A DNA stretch of 48,481 bases. It comes from Chitinophagales bacterium. Lineage in GTDB: Bacteria; Bacteroidota; Bacteroidia; Chitinophagales; Chitinophagaceae. The stretch spans positions 1-48,481 of the forward strand of contig JANMDL010000216.1 in assembly GCA_031376295.1 (NCBI GenBank), given 5' to 3'. The position numbers and the translations under genes were made by a program. A model generated the notes under the pieces. That model saw only the letters and a program-made list of their open reading frames with translations, made no database searches and was not told the origin of the DNA. Positions 46,487 to 48,481 of the stretch are shown one piece after another. Every line of letters starts with the position of its first letter. Within the stretch, counting starts at the first letter, position 1.

Positions 46487-46753
46487 ATGCCGGGCATATT
46501 GGATACAGAAATCAAATATTTCTACAAAATAAAAGACGGGTTGTGTGCCAAAAATCCTGATGGCGGTTTTGCCGTTATTAAGGAAGACGTACTGCTGGGT
46601 GTTTGGCTCAACAGAAATGATGCAATAAAAGAGGGTATTGAGGCTTATGGCAATGTATCTTTCCTGGCAAAAAATATTACTGACGACCATACACAACTTA
46701 TTAATTACAGCCGCCCTTTAAATTTCAGTCATGCCTTTTCTTACGATTCGTAA
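46487..46753 (+). CDS. Small DUF5678-like protein
   Basis: 'L..E..YF......L......G.FAVIK....LGV......DAI..G...YG...FL.K.I' pattern. Confidence 0.6.
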   Translation: MPGILDTEIKYFYKIKDGLCAKNPDGGFAVIKEDVLLGVWLNRNDAIKEGIEAYGNVSFLAKNITDDHTQLINYSRPLNFSHAFSYDS

Positions 46754-46823
46754 TACTTCTTTAAGGCACACCAGCCCTATGTTACTTGACGAAAATTTAG
46801 CGAAGAGAAAACAGCACAGATAA
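46731..46823 (+). pseudogene. Possible truncated remnant of a partner gene (30 aa)
   Basis: Overlapping ATG: MPFLTIRNTSLRHTSPMLLDENLAKRKQHR*. Confidence 0.3.
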
Positions 46824-46984
46824 GATAAAAAATTTATTTGCAGTGATAACCTTATGATGCTGCATCTTGTTCGTTTATTTTATATATTTGTTTAGCAGCA
46901 GTGAATAATAGCACACTGATTTTAAGGGAACAATCTAATAATATAATTGAAATAATACTTGTGCCGCTAAAATAAATTTAACAT

Positions 46985-47857
46985 ATGAAACCTATTTTTG
47001 ATTCTACTTTACATGAAATATTAAATGAAAGGCTAGCCAAGCTTGAAACACACTTTAATGCGGATGTGATATTTTATTATGGGCCCATTGCTGATTCATT
47101 AGAAAAACCGTTTCGGGATTTCATAGAAGATTTAAAATCGGATGCCGTAAAAAATGACACACTTTGTATATTTTTAAATACTCCTGGAGGAAGTGCCGAA
47201 ACTGTTGAAAAACTAGTTAAAATAACCCGGCATCATTATAAAGAAGTTTATTTTATTGTGCCAGATTCAGCCTATTCTGCTGGTACAATATTTTGCATGT
47301 CAGGGGATAAAATATTTATGGATTATTCTTCTTCACTTGGCCCAATAGACCCACAGGTGTTTAACGGTACTAATTGGGTACCTGCTTTAGGCTATCTCGA
47401 CAAAGTAGAGGCACTTATAGAAAAATCATTAAATGGAACACTTTCACAAGCTGAATTAGTAATGTTGACACAACAAGACCTTGCAATGTTAAGACGACAT
47501 GAACAGGCAAGAGATCTTACAATAGCTTTATTAAAAGAGTGGCTAGTACAATATAAATTTAAAAATTGGGATGTTCATCGTAGTAATTCAGCAAAGATTG
47601 GACAATCAGTTACCCTACAAGAAAAGGAAGAAAGAGCCACCGAAATCGCAAGTGTTTTAGGGGATAACAAAATGTGGCATTCACACGGTCGTTCAATTGG
47701 AATTTTCACGTTAACAAATATACTAAGGCTTGAAATTGAAGATTATTCAACCGATACAGTGTTAAAACCTTTAATAAGACAATATAATGACCTGATTTGC
47801 CAGTATATTCTCAGAAATGGCTCAGAGGTGTTCTTACATTCAAGAAAATTTATTTAA
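46985..47857 (+). CDS. SDH-family (ClpP/crotonase fold) serine proteinase
   Basis: 'LNTPGGS', 'VPD.AYSAGTI..MSGD.I.M...SSLGPIDPQ', 'W.SHG..I'; AT-rich. Confidence 0.85.
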   Translation: MKPIFDSTLHEILNERLAKLETHFNADVIFYYGPIADSLEKPFRDFIEDLKSDAVKNDTLCIFLNTPGGSAETVEKLVKITRHHYKEVYFIVPDSAYSAGTIFCMSGDKIFMDYSSSLGPIDPQVFNGTNWVPALGYLDKVEALIEKSLNGTLSQAELVMLTQQDLAMLRRHEQARDLTIALLKEWLVQYKFKNWDVHRSNSAKIGQSVTLQEKEERATEIASVLGDNKMWHSHGRSIGIFTLTNILRLEIEDYSTDTVLKPLIRQYNDLICQYILRNGSEVFLHSRKFI

Positions 47858-47866
47858 TATTGCTAT

Positions 47867-48067
47867 ATGAAATTATTAACTGACAAACTTACTGATACAA
47901 TTTCAAAAGAGTTATCAAATCCTTTGGAAGAACAGAAGTTAAAGGATTTTGATAAACTCATAACCGAAATGAAAAAGGCAGGATTAATAAAAAAGCCAAT
48001 TTACAACCTTCCACTTGTTGATACAATTGGGAAAACATACTACGCTTCAACTAATAAACATAAGTAG
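47867..48067 (+). CDS. Small hypothetical protein coupled to the SDH protease
   Basis: 66 aa, 9-nt gap after the protease stop, same composition, 'F..L...M.K.GLIKKP.Y.L'. Confidence 0.65.
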   Translation: MKLLTDKLTDTISKELSNPLEEQKLKDFDKLITEMKKAGLIKKPIYNLPLVDTIGKTYYASTNKHK

Positions 48068-48127
48068 CAATATCTACTGATTCGGTTGCCTGTTTGTGGT
48101 TTTATAAACAGGGAGTTAAATTAATTA

Positions 48128-48481
48128 TCACTCCCCCTCCTCCACCACATCATGCAGCGCCACAGCCAGTTTGTTCTCTTTTACAAAATTGCACCAGTGG
48201 CAGTCGGGTTTGCCGCAGCCGGTGTAAAAATCACGGGCCTGTATTTTGTCCCACACCGTTTTTATCTGCTGGCCCACGGTGGTGGTATCTTCGGGGGCAA
48301 TAATGATTTTTTCTTTGCGGTATTCTTTCTTTTTATCCGGCTCCACAAAATCAAATTCGGTACTTACCACTTTCCAGTCTTTCTGCTGGTAATTGTCTAC
48401 AAGTATTTTATAAAACACAGCCTGCCGCCAGTAGTCACCACCATTAGGTTCTTTATCAGATGGCCCTTTTGTTTTCTGAAT
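48128..48481 (-). CDS. C-terminus of a UvrD/AddA-type helicase with PD-(D/E)XK nuclease domain (partial)
   Basis: Open from the window edge: 'GGDYWRQAVFYKIL...FDFVEPD...I....F..GCGKPDC.WC'; QxxxY nuclease motif plus terminal Cys cluster. Confidence 0.75.
   Translation of the reverse strand: MQKTKGPSDKEPNGGDYWRQAVFYKILVDNYQQKDWKVVSTEFDFVEPDKKKEYRKEKIIIAPEDTTTVGQQIKTVWDKIQARDFYTGCGKPDCHWCNFVKENKLAVALHDVVEEGE

Noticed and set aside
41700-48100. Prophage or ICE
   Set aside because: No integrase, structural, replication or conjugation genes

Overview
A Bacteroidota window, probably Chitinophagaceae-like (inferred from gldC, the DUF5777/YceI cluster and TAnnTTTG -7 promoter boxes). Positions 1-41.6 kb are mostly core or conserved genes: a partial GH13 amylase, an ECF sigma/anti-sigma locus, serS, gcvH, murA, the pxpBCA 5-oxoprolinase operon, gmk, gldC, NAD kinase, an OmpR-type two-component system, recR and dpaL. 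This part also holds a LytS/LytTR-linked operon of OB-fold protein, two lipoprotein c-type cytochromes, two YceI proteins and a beta-barrel. Positions ~41.7-48.1 kb are an accessory patch of co-oriented small genes: a Zn-finger miniprotein, an HNH nuclease, a helical hypothetical, a JAB/RadC protein with an Rpn-like tail, a membrane protein, a DUF5678-like protein, and an SDH-type Clp-fold protease with a 66-aa partner. Between them lie an exact-period 43-bp non-coding array, 40-bp direct repeats, REP-like palindromes and a ~220-nt long-range hairpin/pseudoknot element. The window ends in the C-terminus of a UvrD-type helicase-nuclease. No rRNA, tRNA, CRISPR-cas, integrase or transposase was seen. 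All family calls are from motif recognition, not database searches.
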